64,000 bases of DNA from the human T2T-CHM13v2.0 reference genome, Homo sapiens, in the NCBI RefSeq assembly GCF_009914755.1, contig NC_060948.1; one strand, 5' to 3'. Positions 13,601-27,700 of this stretch are shown piece by piece. The first letter of the stretch is position 1, and each line of letters opens with the position of its first letter. The notes beneath the pieces are model-generated. The model had not been told where the DNA came from, ran no database searches, and saw only the letters and a program-made list of their open reading frames with translations. Made by a program: the position numbers and the translations under genes.

Positions 13601-14160
13601 CGGAATGGAATGGACAGCCACGGAATGGAATGGACACCCACGGAATGGAATGCACTCGAATGCAATGGAGTCGACACTAATGGACTGGAATAGAATGGAC
13701 TCGACTGGTACGGACTCCAATGGAATGGAATCGAATGGAAGGGAATCGAACGGAATGGACTCGAAGGGAAAAGACTGCAATGGAATGGTCTCGAATGGAA
13801 TGGAAATTAATGGAATGGAATGGAATCGAATGAAATGGAGTCAAAAGGAATGGAATCGAATGGCAAGAAATCGAATGTAATGGAATCGCAAGGAATTGAT
13901 GTGAACGGAACGGAATGGAATGGAATCCAAAGGAATGGAATAGAATGGAATGGAATCGAATGGAAAGGACTCGAATGGAAATCACTCGAATAGAATGCAA
14001 TTTAATAAAATAGGATCAAATGTAATGGAATGGAATGGAAAGGAATCGAAACGAAAGGAATGGAGACAGATGGAATGGAATGGAACAGAGAGCAATGGTA
14101 TAGAATGGAATGGAATCATCTGGAATGGAATTGAATGGAATGGAATAATATGAAATGGAA
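10627..14160 (+). repeat. DYZ1 unit D (3,534 bp)
   Basis: Markers 'gaatgtgttg', 'gaagcagaa', 'atctattggaatgaa' (11731), 'gatttgagtgg' (~12150). Confidence 0.9.
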
Positions 14161-17100
14161 TGGAATGGAATGGAATGCCCTTGAATTAAATGGACTGGAA
14201 TGCAATGGACTCGAACAGAGTGGAATGGAAAGTGTTGAAATAGAATGGAATGGACTCGTTTGGAATGGTCTAGTATGCAATGCAATCGACTGGCAGGGAA
14301 TCAAAAGGAATGTAATCGAATGGATTGGACTGGAATGCAATGGACTCGAATAGATTGGAAACGGAAAGCAAAGGAATGGAATGGAATAGTATGGAATGGA
14401 ATGCAAAGGAATGGAGTGGAATAGACTAGAGTGGAATGGAATGGACTCGAAAGCAATGGACTGGAATGGAACTTTCTTGAATGGACTGGAATCAAACGGA
14501 ATGGAATGCAATGCAATCAAATGGCATGGAATAAAATAGAATGAAAGAGAATCAAATGGAATTGAATCGAATGGAATCGAATGGATTGGAAAGGAATAGA
14601 ATGGAATGGAATGGAATTGACTCAAATGGAATGGACTAGAATGGAATGGATTCGAATGGAAGGCAAAGGAATGGAATCTATTGGAATGGACTGTAATGGA
14701 ATGGAATGGAAGGGATTGGAATGGACTCGAATGGAATGGACTGCAGTAGAAAGGATTCGAATGGAATGAAAAAGAATTGAATGGAATAGAACAGAATGGA
14801 ATCAAATCGAATGAAATGGAATGGAATAGAAAGGAATGGAATGAAATGGAATGGAAAGGATTCGAATGGAATGCAATCGAATGGAATGGAATCGAACGGA
14901 ATGGAATAAAATGGAAGAAAACTGGCAAGAAATGGAATCGAAATGAATGGAGTGTTATGGAACGGACTCAAAAGGAATTGAATGTAATAGAATGGAGTGG
15001 AGTGGACTCGAATATAATGGACTGGAATGGAATGAAATCACATGGAATGGGAACGAATGGAATGGAATGGAAAGGAATGGAATCGAATGCAAAGGAATCG
15101 AACGGAAGGGAATGAAATTGAATCAACAGGAATGGAAGGGAGTAGAATAGACGGTAATGGAATGGACTCGAATAGAATGGACACGAATGCTCAAATTGAA
15201 TGGACTCGAATGGAATGGAAACGAAAGGAATGTCATCGAATGGAATTGAATCGATTGGAATGAAATCACATAGAATGGAGTGGAATCAAATGGAATTGAA
15301 TCGAAAGGAAAGGAAGCGAATGGACTGAAATGAAATGGAATGGAATTGAATGGAAAGTAATGCAATGGAATAGAATGGAACGAAATTTCACGGAATGGAA
15401 TCAAACTGAATGGAATCAAATCAATGGAATATAATCAAATGGAATGGAAAGGAATTGAATGGAGTAGATTGGATTGGATGGGATTGGAATGAAATGTACT
15501 GGAAAGGACTCGAAATTCATGAAACGGAATGGAATGAACTGGAACGGAATGGACTCGAATGGAATGGAATGTCATGGAATGGCATCAAATGGAATGGAAT
15601 CGAATGCGATGGAATGCTATGGAATGGAATGGAATGCATTGGAATGGAATGTCCTCTAATGGAATGTATTCGAGTGGAATGGAATCGAATATAATGGAGT
15701 CTAATGAAATGGAATTGAAAGGAATGGGACCGAATACAATGGAATAAACTGGTATGTAATGTAATGAACTCGAATGTAATTGACTGGAATGGAATGTACA
15801 TGAATGGAATGTAATCGAATGGAAAGCAATCCAATGGAATAGAATCTAATGCAATAAAATCGACTCAAATAGAGTAGAATGTAATGGAATGGAGTGCAGT
15901 GCAATGGAATGGAATGGAATGCAACGGAATGGAATGGAATGGAATGGAATGGGATGGAATGGTATGGAATGGATAGTAATGGACTGGAGTGAAATGGACT
16001 GGAAAAGAATGGACTCAAATTGAAAGGGCTCGAAAGGAATGGAGTCAAATGGAATGGTCTGGAATGGAATGAACACGAATGTAATGCAATCCAATAGAAT
16101 GGAATCGAATGGCATGGAATATAAAGAAATGGAATCGAAGAGAATGGAAACAAATGGAATGGAATTGAATGGAATGGAATTGAATGGAATGGGAACGAAT
16201 GGAGTGAAATTGTATGCAGTAGAAGAGAATAGAATGGAATGCAAGCGAAAGGAAAGGAATGGATTGGAATGGAATGGAATTCATTGGAATGGAAGGGAAT
16301 GTAGTGTAATGGACAGGCCTGGAATAAAGTGGAATGCTACGGTCTCGAATGGAATAAAAATGTATGGAATGGAATGCAATGAAACGGAATCGAATGTCAT
16401 AGAATGTAATGGAATGCAAAAAAATGGACTCCAAAATCATTGACTGGAAAGGCTGGGTGTCGAAAGGAATTGACTCCAATGGAATGGAATCGAATGGAAT
16501 GGAAGTGAATAGAATCGAACTAAATCGAATGGAATGGAATTGATAGGAACGGAATGGAAAGGAATGCAATGATTTGGCATGGAATGGAATCGAAAGGCAT
16601 CGAATGGAATGGAATGGAATGCAATGGAATGGAATGTATTAGAATGTAATGAACATTAATGGAAAGTACTCGAATGGATTCGACTGGAATGGAATGTTCT
16701 GGAAGTGAATGGACTCCAATGGAATGGATTCGAAAGGAATGGAATCGAACGGAATGGAATTAAACGGAAATGAATCAAATAGAATAGAACGGAATTGAAT
16801 TGAATGGAATCGAATGCAATGGAATCTAATGAAACGGAAAGGAATGGAATGGAATGGGCTGGAATGGAATGGAATCGAAACGAATGGAATGGAATCGAAC
16901 TGAAGAGACTGGAATGGAATGCACTGGAATGGAAGGGAATGTAATGGAAGGTTCTCGAAAAAAATGGAATCGAAAGGAATGGAATTGAATGGAACGGAAT
17001 AGAGTCGAATGGAATTCAATGGAATGGAATGGACTAGAGTGAAATGGAATCGAACCACAAGGAATGGACAGGAATAGAATGGTCTCGAATTGAATGGAAT

Positions 17101-17674
17101 CGTATGGAATGGCATCAAACGGAATGGAATGGACGGCCACGGAATGGAATGCACTCGAATGCAATGGAGTCGAAACTAATGGACTGGAATAGAATGGACT
17201 CGACTGGTACGGACTCCAATGGAATGGAATCGAATGGAAGGGAATCGAACGGAAGGGAATCGAACGGAATGGACTCGAAGGGAAAAGACTGCAATGGAAA
17301 GGTCTCGAATGGAATGGAAATTAATGGAATGGAATGGAATCGAATGAAATGGAGTCAAAAGGAATGGAATCGAATGGCAAGAAATCGAATGTAATGGAAT
17401 CGCAAGGAATTGATGTGAACGGAACGGAATGGAATGGAATCCAAAGGAATGGAATAGAATGGAATGGAATCGAATGGAAAGGACTCGAATGGAAATCACT
17501 CGAATAGAATGCAATTTAATAAAATAGGATCAAATGTAATGGAATGGAATGGAAAGGAATCGAAACGAAAGGAATGGAGACAGATGGAATGGAATGGAAC
17601 AGAGAGCAATGGTATAGAATGGAATGGAATCATCTGGAATGGAATTGAATGGAATGGAATAATATGAAATGGAA
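14161..17674 (+). repeat. DYZ1 unit E (3,514 bp)
   Basis: 15-bp deletion near 14880, extra GGCC at 17135 and a private 15-bp duplication at ~17236-17265. Confidence 0.9.
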
Positions 17675-20600
17675 TGGAATGGAATGGAATGTCCTTGAAT
17701 TAAATGGACTGGAATGGAATGGACTCGAACAGAGTGGAATGGAAAGTGTTGAAATAGCATGGAATGGACTCGTTTGGAATGGTGTAGTATGCAATGCAAT
17801 CGACTGGCAGGGAATCAAAAGGAATGTAATCGAATGGATTGGACTGGAATGCAATGGACTCGAATAGATTGGAAACGGAATGCAAAGGAATGGAATGGAA
17901 TAGTATGGAATGGAATGGAAAGGAATGGAGTGGAATAGACTAGAGTGGAATGGAGTGGACTCGAAAGCTATGGACTGGAATGGAACTTTCTTGAATGGAC
18001 TGGAATCAAACGGAATGGAATGCAATGCAATCAAATGGCATGGAATAAAATGGAATGAAAGAGAATCAAACGGAATTGAATCGAATGGAATCGAATGGAT
18101 TGGAAAGGAATAGAATGGAATGGAATGGAATTGACTCAAATGGAATGGACTAGAATGGAATGGATTCGAATGGAAGGCAAAGGAATGGAATCTATTGGAA
18201 TGGACTGTAATGGAATGGAATGGAAGGGATTGGAATGGACTCGAATGGAATGGACTGCAATAGAAAGGATTCGAATGGAATGAAAAAGAATTGAATGGAA
18301 TAGAACAGAATGGAATCAAACCTCATGAAATAGAATGGAATAGAAAGGAATGGAATGAAATCGAATGGAAAGGATTCGAATGGAATGCAATCGAATGGAA
18401 TGCAATCGAATGGAATGGAATCGAACGGAATGGAATAAAATGGAAGAAAACTGGCAAGAAATGGAATCGAAATGAATGGAGTGTTAAGGAACGGACTCAA
18501 AAGGAATTGAATGTAATAGAATGGAGTGGAGTGGACTCGAATATAATGGACTGGAATGGAATGAAATCACATGGAATGGGAACGAATGGAATGGAATGGA
18601 AAGGAATGGAATCGAATGGAAAGGAATCGAATGGAAGGGAATGAAATTGAATCAACAGGAATGGAAGGGAATAGAATAGACGGTAATGGAATGGACTCGA
18701 ATAGAATGGACACGAATGCTCAAATTGAATGGACTCGAATGGAATGGAAATGAAAGGAATGTCATCGAATGCAATTCAATCGATTGGAATGAAATCGCAT
18801 AGGATGGAGTGGAATCAAATGGAATTGAATCGAAAGGAAAAGAAGCGAATTGACTGAAATGAAATGGAATGGAATTGAATGGAAAGTAATGCAACGGAAT
18901 AGAATGGATTGAAATTTCACGGAATGGAATCAAACTGAATGGAATCAAATCAATGGAATATAATCAAATGGAATGGAAAGGAATTGAATGGAGTAGATTG
19001 TATTGGATGGGATTGGAATGAAATGTACTGGAAAGGACTCGAATTTCATGAAACGGAATGGAATGTATTAGAACGGAATGGACTCGAATGGAATTGAATG
19101 TCACGGAATGGCATCAAATGGAATGGCATCAATTGGAATGGAATCGAATGCAATGGAATGCTATGGAATGGAATGGAATGCATTGGAATGGAATGTCCTC
19201 TAATGGAATGGATTCGAGTGGAATGGAATCGAATATAATGGAGTCTAATGAAATGGAATTGAAAGGAATGGGATCCAATACAATGGAATATACTGGAATG
19301 TAATGTAATGAACTCGAATGTAATTGACTGGAATGGAATGTACATGAGTGGAATGTAATCGAATGGAAAGTAATCCAATGGAATAGAATCTAATGCAATA
19401 AAATCGACTCAAATAGAGTAGAATGTAATGGAATGGAGTGCAGTGCAATGGAATGGAATGGAATGGGATGGAATGGTATGGAATGGATAGTAATGGACTG
19501 GAGTGAAATGGACTGGAAAATAATGGACTCAAATTGAAAGGGCTCGAAAGGAATGGAGTCAAATGGAATGGTCTGGAATGGAATGAACACGAATGTAATG
19601 CAATCCAATAGAATGGAATCGAATGGCATGGAATATAAAGAAATGGAATCGAAGAGAATGGAAACAAATGGAATGGAATTGAATGGAATGGAATTGAATG
19701 GAATGGGAACGAATGGAGTGAAATTGTATGCAGTAGAAGAGAATAGAATGGAATGCAAGCGAAAGGAAAGGAATGGATTGGAATGGAATGGAATTCATTG
19801 GAATGGAAGGGAATGTAGTGTAATGGACAGGCCTGTAATAAAGTGGAATGCTACGGTCTCGAATGGAATAAAAATGTATGGAATGGAATGCAATGAAACG
19901 GAATCGAATGTCATAGAAGTAATGGAATGCAAAAAAATGGACTCCAAAATCATTGACTGGAAAGGCTGGGTGTCGAAAGGAATTTACTCCAATGGAATGG
20001 AATCGAATGGAATGGAAGTGAATAGAATCGAACTAAATCGAATGGAATGGAATTGATAGGAACGGAATGGAAAGGAATGCAATGATTTCGCATGGAATGG
20101 AATCGAATGGCATCGAATGGAATGGAATGGAATGCAATGGAATGGAATGTATTAAAATGTAATGAACTTTAATGGAATGTACTCGAATGGATTCGACTGG
20201 AATGGAATGTTCTCGAAGTGAATGGACTCCAATGGAATGGATTCGAAAGGAATGGAATCTAATGGAATGGAATTAAATGGAAATGAATCAAATTGAATAG
20301 AACGGAATTGAATTGAATGGAATCGAATGCAATGGAATCTAATGAAACGGAAAGGAAAGGAATGGAATGGAATGGAATGGAATGGGCTGGAATGGAATGG
20401 AATCGAAACGAATGGAATGGAATCGAACTGAAGAGACTGGAATGGAATACACTGGAATGGAAGGGAATGTAATGGAAGGTTCTCGAAAAAATGTAATTGA
20501 AAGGAATGGAATTGAGTGGAACGGAATAGAGTCGAATGGAATTCAATGGAATGGAATGGACTAGAGTGAAATGGAATCGAACCACAAGGAATGGACAGGA

Positions 20601-21186
20601 ATAGAATGGTCTCGAATTGAATGGAATCGTATGGAATGGCATCAAACGGAATGGAATGGACAGCCACGGAATGGAATGCACTCGAATGCAATGGAGTCGA
20701 AACTAATGGACTGGAATAGAATGGACTCGACTGGTACGGACTCCAATGGAATGGAATCGAATGGAAGGGAATCGAACGGAATGGACTCGAAGGGAAAAGA
20801 CTGCAATGGAAAGGTCTCGAATGGAATGGAAATTAATGGAATGGAATGGAATCGAATGAAATGGAGTCAAAAGGAATGGAATCGAATGGCAAGAAATCGG
20901 ATGTAATGGAATCGCAAGGAATTGATGTGAACGGAACGGAATGGAATGGAATCCAAAGGAATGGAATAGAATGGAATGGAATCGAATGGAAAGGACTCGA
21001 ATGGAAATCACTCGAATAGAATGCAATTTAATAAAATAGGATCAAATGTAATGGAATGGAATGGAAAGGAATCAAAACGAAAGGAATGGAGACAGATGGA
21101 ATGGAATGGAACAGAGAGCAATGGTATAGAATGGAATGGAATCATCTGGAATGGAATTGAATGGAATGGAATAACATGAAATGGAC
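17675..21186 (+). repeat. DYZ1 unit F (3,512 bp), the most divergent unit seen
   Basis: Many private substitutions, two 1-bp deletions (~19919 and ~20490) and GGATCC at 19271. Confidence 0.9.
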
Positions 21187-24100
21187 TGGAATGGAATGGA
21201 ATGCCCTTGAATTAAATGGACTGGAATGGAATGGACTCGAACAGAGTGGAATGGAAAGTGTTGAAATAGAATGGAATGGACTCGTTTGGAATGGTCTAGT
21301 ATGCAATGCAATCGACTGGCAGGGAATCAAAAGGAATGTAATCGAATGGATTGGACTGGAATGCAATGGACTCGAATAGATTGGAAACGGAATGCAAAGG
21401 AATGGAATGGAATAGTATGGAATGGAATGGAAAGGAATGGAGTGGAATAGACTAGAGTGGAATGGAATGGACTCGAAAGCAATGGACTGGAATGGAACTT
21501 TCTTGAATGGACTGGAATCAAACGGAATGGAATGTAATGCAATCAAATGGCATGGAATAAAATAGAATGAAAGAGAATCAAATGGAATTGAATCGAATGG
21601 AATCGAATGGATTGGAAAGGAATAGAATGGAATGGAATGGAATTGACTCAAATGGAATGGACTAGAATGGAATGGATTCGAATGGAAGGCAAAGGAATGG
21701 AATCTATTGGAATGGACTGTAATGGAATGGAATGGAAGGGATTGGAATGGACTCGAATGGAATGGACTGCAATAGAAAGGATTCGAATGGAATGAAAAAG
21801 AATTGAATGGAATAGAACAGAATGGAATCAAATCGAATGAAATGGAATGGAATAGAAAGGAATGGAATGAAATGGAATGGAAAGGATTCGAATGGAATGC
21901 AATCGAATGGACTGGAATCGAACGGAATGGAATAAAATGGAAGAAAACTGGCAAGAAATGGAATCGAAATGAATGGAGTGTTATGGAACGGACTCAAAAG
22001 GAATTGAATGTAATAGAATGGAGTGGAGTGGACTCCAATATAATAGACTGGAATGGAATGAAATCACATGGAATGGGAACGAATGGAATGGAATGGAAAG
22101 GAATGGAATCGAATGGAAAGGAATCGAATGGAAGGGAATGAAATTGAATCAACAGGAATGGAAAGGAGTAGAATAGACGGTAATGGAATGGGCTCGAATA
22201 GAATGGACACGAATGCTCAAATTAAATGGACTCGAATGGAATGGAAACGAAAGGAATGTCATCGAATGGAATTGAATCGATTGGAATGAAATCACATAGA
22301 ATGGAGTGGAATCAAATGGAATTGAATCGAAAGGAAAGGAAGCGAATGGACTGAAATGAAATGGAATGGAATTGAATGGAAATTAATGCAATGGAATAGA
22401 ATGGAAAGAAATTTCACGGAATGGAATCAAACTGAATGGAATCAAATCAATGGAATATAATCAAATGGAATGGAAAGGAATTGAATGGAGTAGATTGGAT
22501 TGGATGGGATTGGAATGAAATGTACTGGAAAGGACTCGAATTTCATGAAACGGAATGGAATGAATTAGAACGGAATGGACTCGAATGGAATGGAATATCA
22601 CGGAATGGCATCAAATGGAATGGCATCAATTGGAATGGAATCGAATGCAATGGAATGCTATGGAATGGAATGGAATGCATTGGAATGGAATGTCCTCTAA
22701 TGGAATGGATTCGAGTGGAATGGAATCGAATATAATGGAGTCTAATGAAATTGAATTGAAAGGAATGGGATCCAATACAATGGAATATACTGGAATGTAA
22801 TGTAATGAACTCGAATGTAATTGACTGGAATGGAATGTACATGAATGGAATGTAATCGAATGGAAAGTAATCCAATGGAATAGAATCTAATGCAATAAAA
22901 TCGACTCAAGTAGAGTAGAATATAATGGAATGGAGTGCAGTGCAATGGAATGGAATGGAATGGAATGCAATGGAATGGAATGGAATGGAATGGAATGGAA
23001 TGGAATGGGATGGAATGGTATGGAATGGATAGTAATGGACTGGAGTGAAATGGACTGGAAAGGAATGGACTCAAATTGAAAGGGCTCGAAAGGAATGGAG
23101 TCAAATGGAATGGTCTGGAATGGAATGAACACGAATGTAATGCAATCCAATAGAATGGAATCGAATGGCATGGAATGTAAAGAAATGGAATCGAAGAGAA
23201 TGGAAACAAATGGAATGGAATTGAATGGAATGGAATTGAATGGAATGGGAACGAATGGAGTGAAATTGTATGCAGTAGAAGAGAATAGAATGGAATGCAA
23301 GCGAAAGGAAAGGAATGGATTGGAATGGAATGGAATTCATTGGAATGGAAGGGAATGTAGTGTAATGGACAGGCCTGGAATAAAGTGGAATGCTACGGTC
23401 TCGAATGGAATAAAAATGTATGGAATGGAATGCAATGAAACGGAATCGAATGTCATAGAATGTAATGGAATGCAAAAAAATGGAATCCAAAATCATTGAC
23501 TGGAAAGGCTGGGTGTCGAAAGGAATTGACTCCAATGGAATGGAATCGAATGGCATGGAAGTGAATAGAATGGAACTAAATCGAATGGAATGGAATTGAT
23601 AGGAACGGAATGGAAAGGAATGCAATGATTTGGCATGGAATGGAATCGAATGGCATCGAATGGAATGGAATGGAATGCAATGGAATGGAATGTATTAGAA
23701 TGTAATGAACTTTAATGGAATGTACTCGAATGGATTCGACTGGAATGGAATGTTCTCGAAGTGAATGGACTCCAATGGAATGGATTCGAAAGGAATGGAA
23801 TCTAATGGAATGGAATTAAATGGAAATGAATCAAATTGAATAGAACGGAATTGAATTGAATGGAATCGAATGCAATGGAATCTAATGAAAAGGAAAGGAA
23901 AGGAATGGAATGGATTGGAATGGAATGGGCTGGAATGGAATGGAATCGAAACGAATGGAATGGAATCGAACTGAAGAGACTGGAATGGAATGCACTGGAA
24001 TGGAAGGGAATGTAATGGAAGGTTCTCAAGAAAAATGGAATCGAAAGGAATGGAATTGAATGGAACGGAATAGAGTCGAATGGAATTCAATGGAATGGAA

Positions 24101-24730
24101 TGGACTAGAGTGAAATGGAATCGAACCACAAGGAATGGACAGGAATAGAATGGTCTCGAATTGAATGGAATCGTATGGAATGGCATCAAACGGAATGGAA
24201 TGGACAGCCACGGAATGGAATGCACTCGAATGCAATGGAGTCGACACTAACGGAGTGGAATAGAATGGACTCGACTGGTACGGACTCCAATGGAATGGAA
24301 TCGAATGGAAGGGTATCGAACGGAATGGACTCGAAGGGAAAAGACTGCAATGGAAAGGTCTCGAATGGAATGGAAATTAATGGAATGGAATGGAATCGAA
24401 TGAAATGGAGTCAAAAGGAATGGAATCGAATGGCAAGAAATCGAATGTAATGGAATCGCAAGGAATTGAAGTGAACGGAACGGAATGCAATGGAATCCAA
24501 AGGAATGGAATAGAATGGAATGGAATCGAATGGAAAGGACTCGAATGGAAATCACTCGAATAGAATGCAATTTAATAAAATAGGATCAAATGTAATGGAA
24601 TGGAATGGAAAGGAATCGAAACGAAAGGAATGGAGACAGATGGAATGGAATGGAACAGAGAGCAATGGTATAGAATGGAATGGAATCATCTGGAATGGAA
24701 TTGAATGGAATGGAATAATATGAAATGGAA
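21187..24730 (+). repeat. DYZ1 unit G (3,544 bp)
   Basis: Shares the 'ggcatcaaatggaatggcatcaatt' duplication and GGATCC (22768) with unit F. Confidence 0.9.
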
Positions 24731-27700
24731 TGGAATGGAATGGAATGCCCTTGAATTAAATGGACTGGAATGGAATGGACTCGAACAGAGTGGAATGGAA
24801 AGTGTTGAAATAGAATGGAATGGACTCGTTTGGAATGGTCTAGTATGCAATGCAATCGACTGGCAGGGAATCAAAAGGAATGTAATCGAATGGATTGGAC
24901 TGGAATGCAATGGACTCGAATAGATTGGAAACGGAAAGCAAAGGAATGGAATGGAATAGTATGGAATGGAATGGAAAGGAATGGAGTGGAATAGACTAGA
25001 GTGGAATGGAATGGACTGGAAAGCAATGGACTGGAATGGAACTTTCTTGAATGGACTGGAATCAAACGGAATGGAATGCAATGCAATCAAATGGCATGGA
25101 ATAAAATAGAATGAAAGAGAATCAAATGGAATTGAATCGAATGGAATCGAATGGATTGGAAAGGAATAGAATGGAATGGAACGGAATTGACTCAAATGGA
25201 ATGGACTAGAATGGAATGGATTCGAATGGAAGGCAAATGAATGGAATCTATTGGAATGGACTGTAATGGAATGGAATGGAAGGGATTGGAATGGACTCGA
25301 ATAGAATGGACTGCAATAGAAAGGATTCGAATGGAATGAAAAAGAATTGAATGAAATAGAAGAGAATGGAAACAAATCGAATGAAATGGAATGGAAGAGA
25401 AAGGAATGGAATGAAATGGAATGGAAAGGATTCGAATGGAATGCAATCGAATGGAATGGAATCGAACGGAATGGAATAAAATGGAAGAAAACTGGCAAGA
25501 AATGGAATCGAAATGAATGGAGTGTTATGGAACGGACTCAAAAGGAATTGAATGTAATAGAATGGAGTGGAGTGGACTCGAATATAATGGACTGGAATGG
25601 AATGAAATCACATGGAATGGGAACGAATGGAATGGAATGGAAAGGAATGGAATCGAATGGAAAGGAATCGAATGGAAGGGAATGAAATTGAATCAACAGG
25701 AATGGAAGGGAGTAGAATAGACGGTAATGGAATGGACTCGAATAGAATGGACACGAATGCTCAAATTGAATGGACTCGAATGGAATGGAAACGAAAGGAA
25801 TGTCATCGAATGGAATTGAATCGATTGGAATGAAATCGCATAGAATGGAGTGGAATCAAATGGAATTGAATCGAAAGGAAAGGAAGCGAATGGACTGAAA
25901 TGAAATGGAATGGAATTGAATGGAAAGTAATGCAATGGAATAGAATGGAACGAAATTTCACGGAATGGAATCAAACTGAATGGAATCAAATCAATGGAAT
26001 ATAATCAAATGGAATGGAAAGGAATTGAACGGAGTAGATTGGATTGGATGGGATTGGAATGAAATGTACTGGAAAGGACTCGAAATTCATGAAACGGAAT
26101 GGAATGAACTGGAACGGAATGGAATCGAATGGAATGGAATGTCATGTAATGGCATCAAATGGAATGGAATCGAATGCGATGGAATGCTATGGAATGGAAT
26201 GGAATGCATAGGAATGGAATGTCCTCTAATGGAATGTATTCGAGTGGAATGGAATCGAATATAATGCAGTCTAATGAAATGGAATTGAAAGGAATGGGAC
26301 CGAATACAATGGAATAAACTGGAATGTAATGTAATGAACTCGAATGTAATTGACTGGAATGGAATGTACATGAATGGAATGTAATCGCATGGAAAGCAAT
26401 CCAATGGAATAGAATCTAATGCAATAAAATCGACTCAAATAGAGTAGAATGTAATGGAATGGAGTGCAGTGCAATGGAATGGAATGGAATGCAACGGAAT
26501 GGAATGGAATGGAATGGAATGGGATGGAATGGTATGGAATGGATAGTAATGGACTGGAGTGAAATGGACTGGAAAAGAATGGACTCAAATTGAAAGGGCT
26601 CGAAAGGAATGGAGTCAAATGGAATGGTCTGGAATGGAATGAACACGAATGTAATGCAATCCAATAGAATGGAATCGAATGGCATAGAATATAAAGAAAT
26701 GGAATCGAAGAGAATGGAAACAAATGGAATGGAATTGAATGGAATGGAATTGAATGGAATGGGAACGAATGGAGTGAAATTGTATGCAGTAGAAGAGAAT
26801 AGAATGGAATGCAAGCGAAAGGAAAGGAATGGATTGGAATGGAATGGAATTCATTGGAATGGAAGGGAATGTAGTGTAATGGACAGGCCTGGAATAAAGT
26901 GGAATGCTACGGTCTCGAATGGAATAAAAATGTATGGAATGGAATGCAATGAAACGGAATCGAATGTCATAGAATGTAATGGAATGCAAAAAAATGGAAT
27001 CCAAAATCATTGACTGGAAAGGCTGGGTGTCGAAAGGAATTGACTCCAATGGAATGGAATCGAATGGAATGGAAGTGAATAGAATCGAACTAAATCGAAT
27101 GGAATGGAATTGATAGGAACGGAATGGAAAGGAATGCAATGATTTGGCATGGAATGGAATCGAAAGGCATCGAATGGAATGGAATGGAATGCAATGGAAT
27201 GGAATGTATTAGAATGTAATGAACATTAATGGAAAGTACTCGAATGGATTCGACTGGAATGGAATGTTCTGGAAGTGAATGGACTCCAATGGAATGGATT
27301 CGAAAGGAATGGAATCGAACGGAATGGAATTAAACGGAAATGAATCAAATAGAATAGAACGGAATTGAATTGAATGGAATCGAATGCAATGGAATCTAAT
27401 GAAACGGAAAGGAATGGAATGGAATGGGCTGGAATGGAATGGAATCGAAACGAATGGAATGGAATCGAACTGAAGAGACTGGAATGGAATGCACTGGAAT
27501 GGAAGGGAATGTAATGGAAGGTTCTCGAAAAAAATGGAATCGAAAGGAATGGAATTGAATGGAACGGAATAGAGTCGAATGGAATTCAATGGAATGGAAT
27601 GGACTAGAGTGAAATGGAATCGAACCACAAGGAATGGACAGGAATAGAATGGTCTCGAATTGAATGGAATCGTATGGAATGGCATCAAACGGAATGGAAT

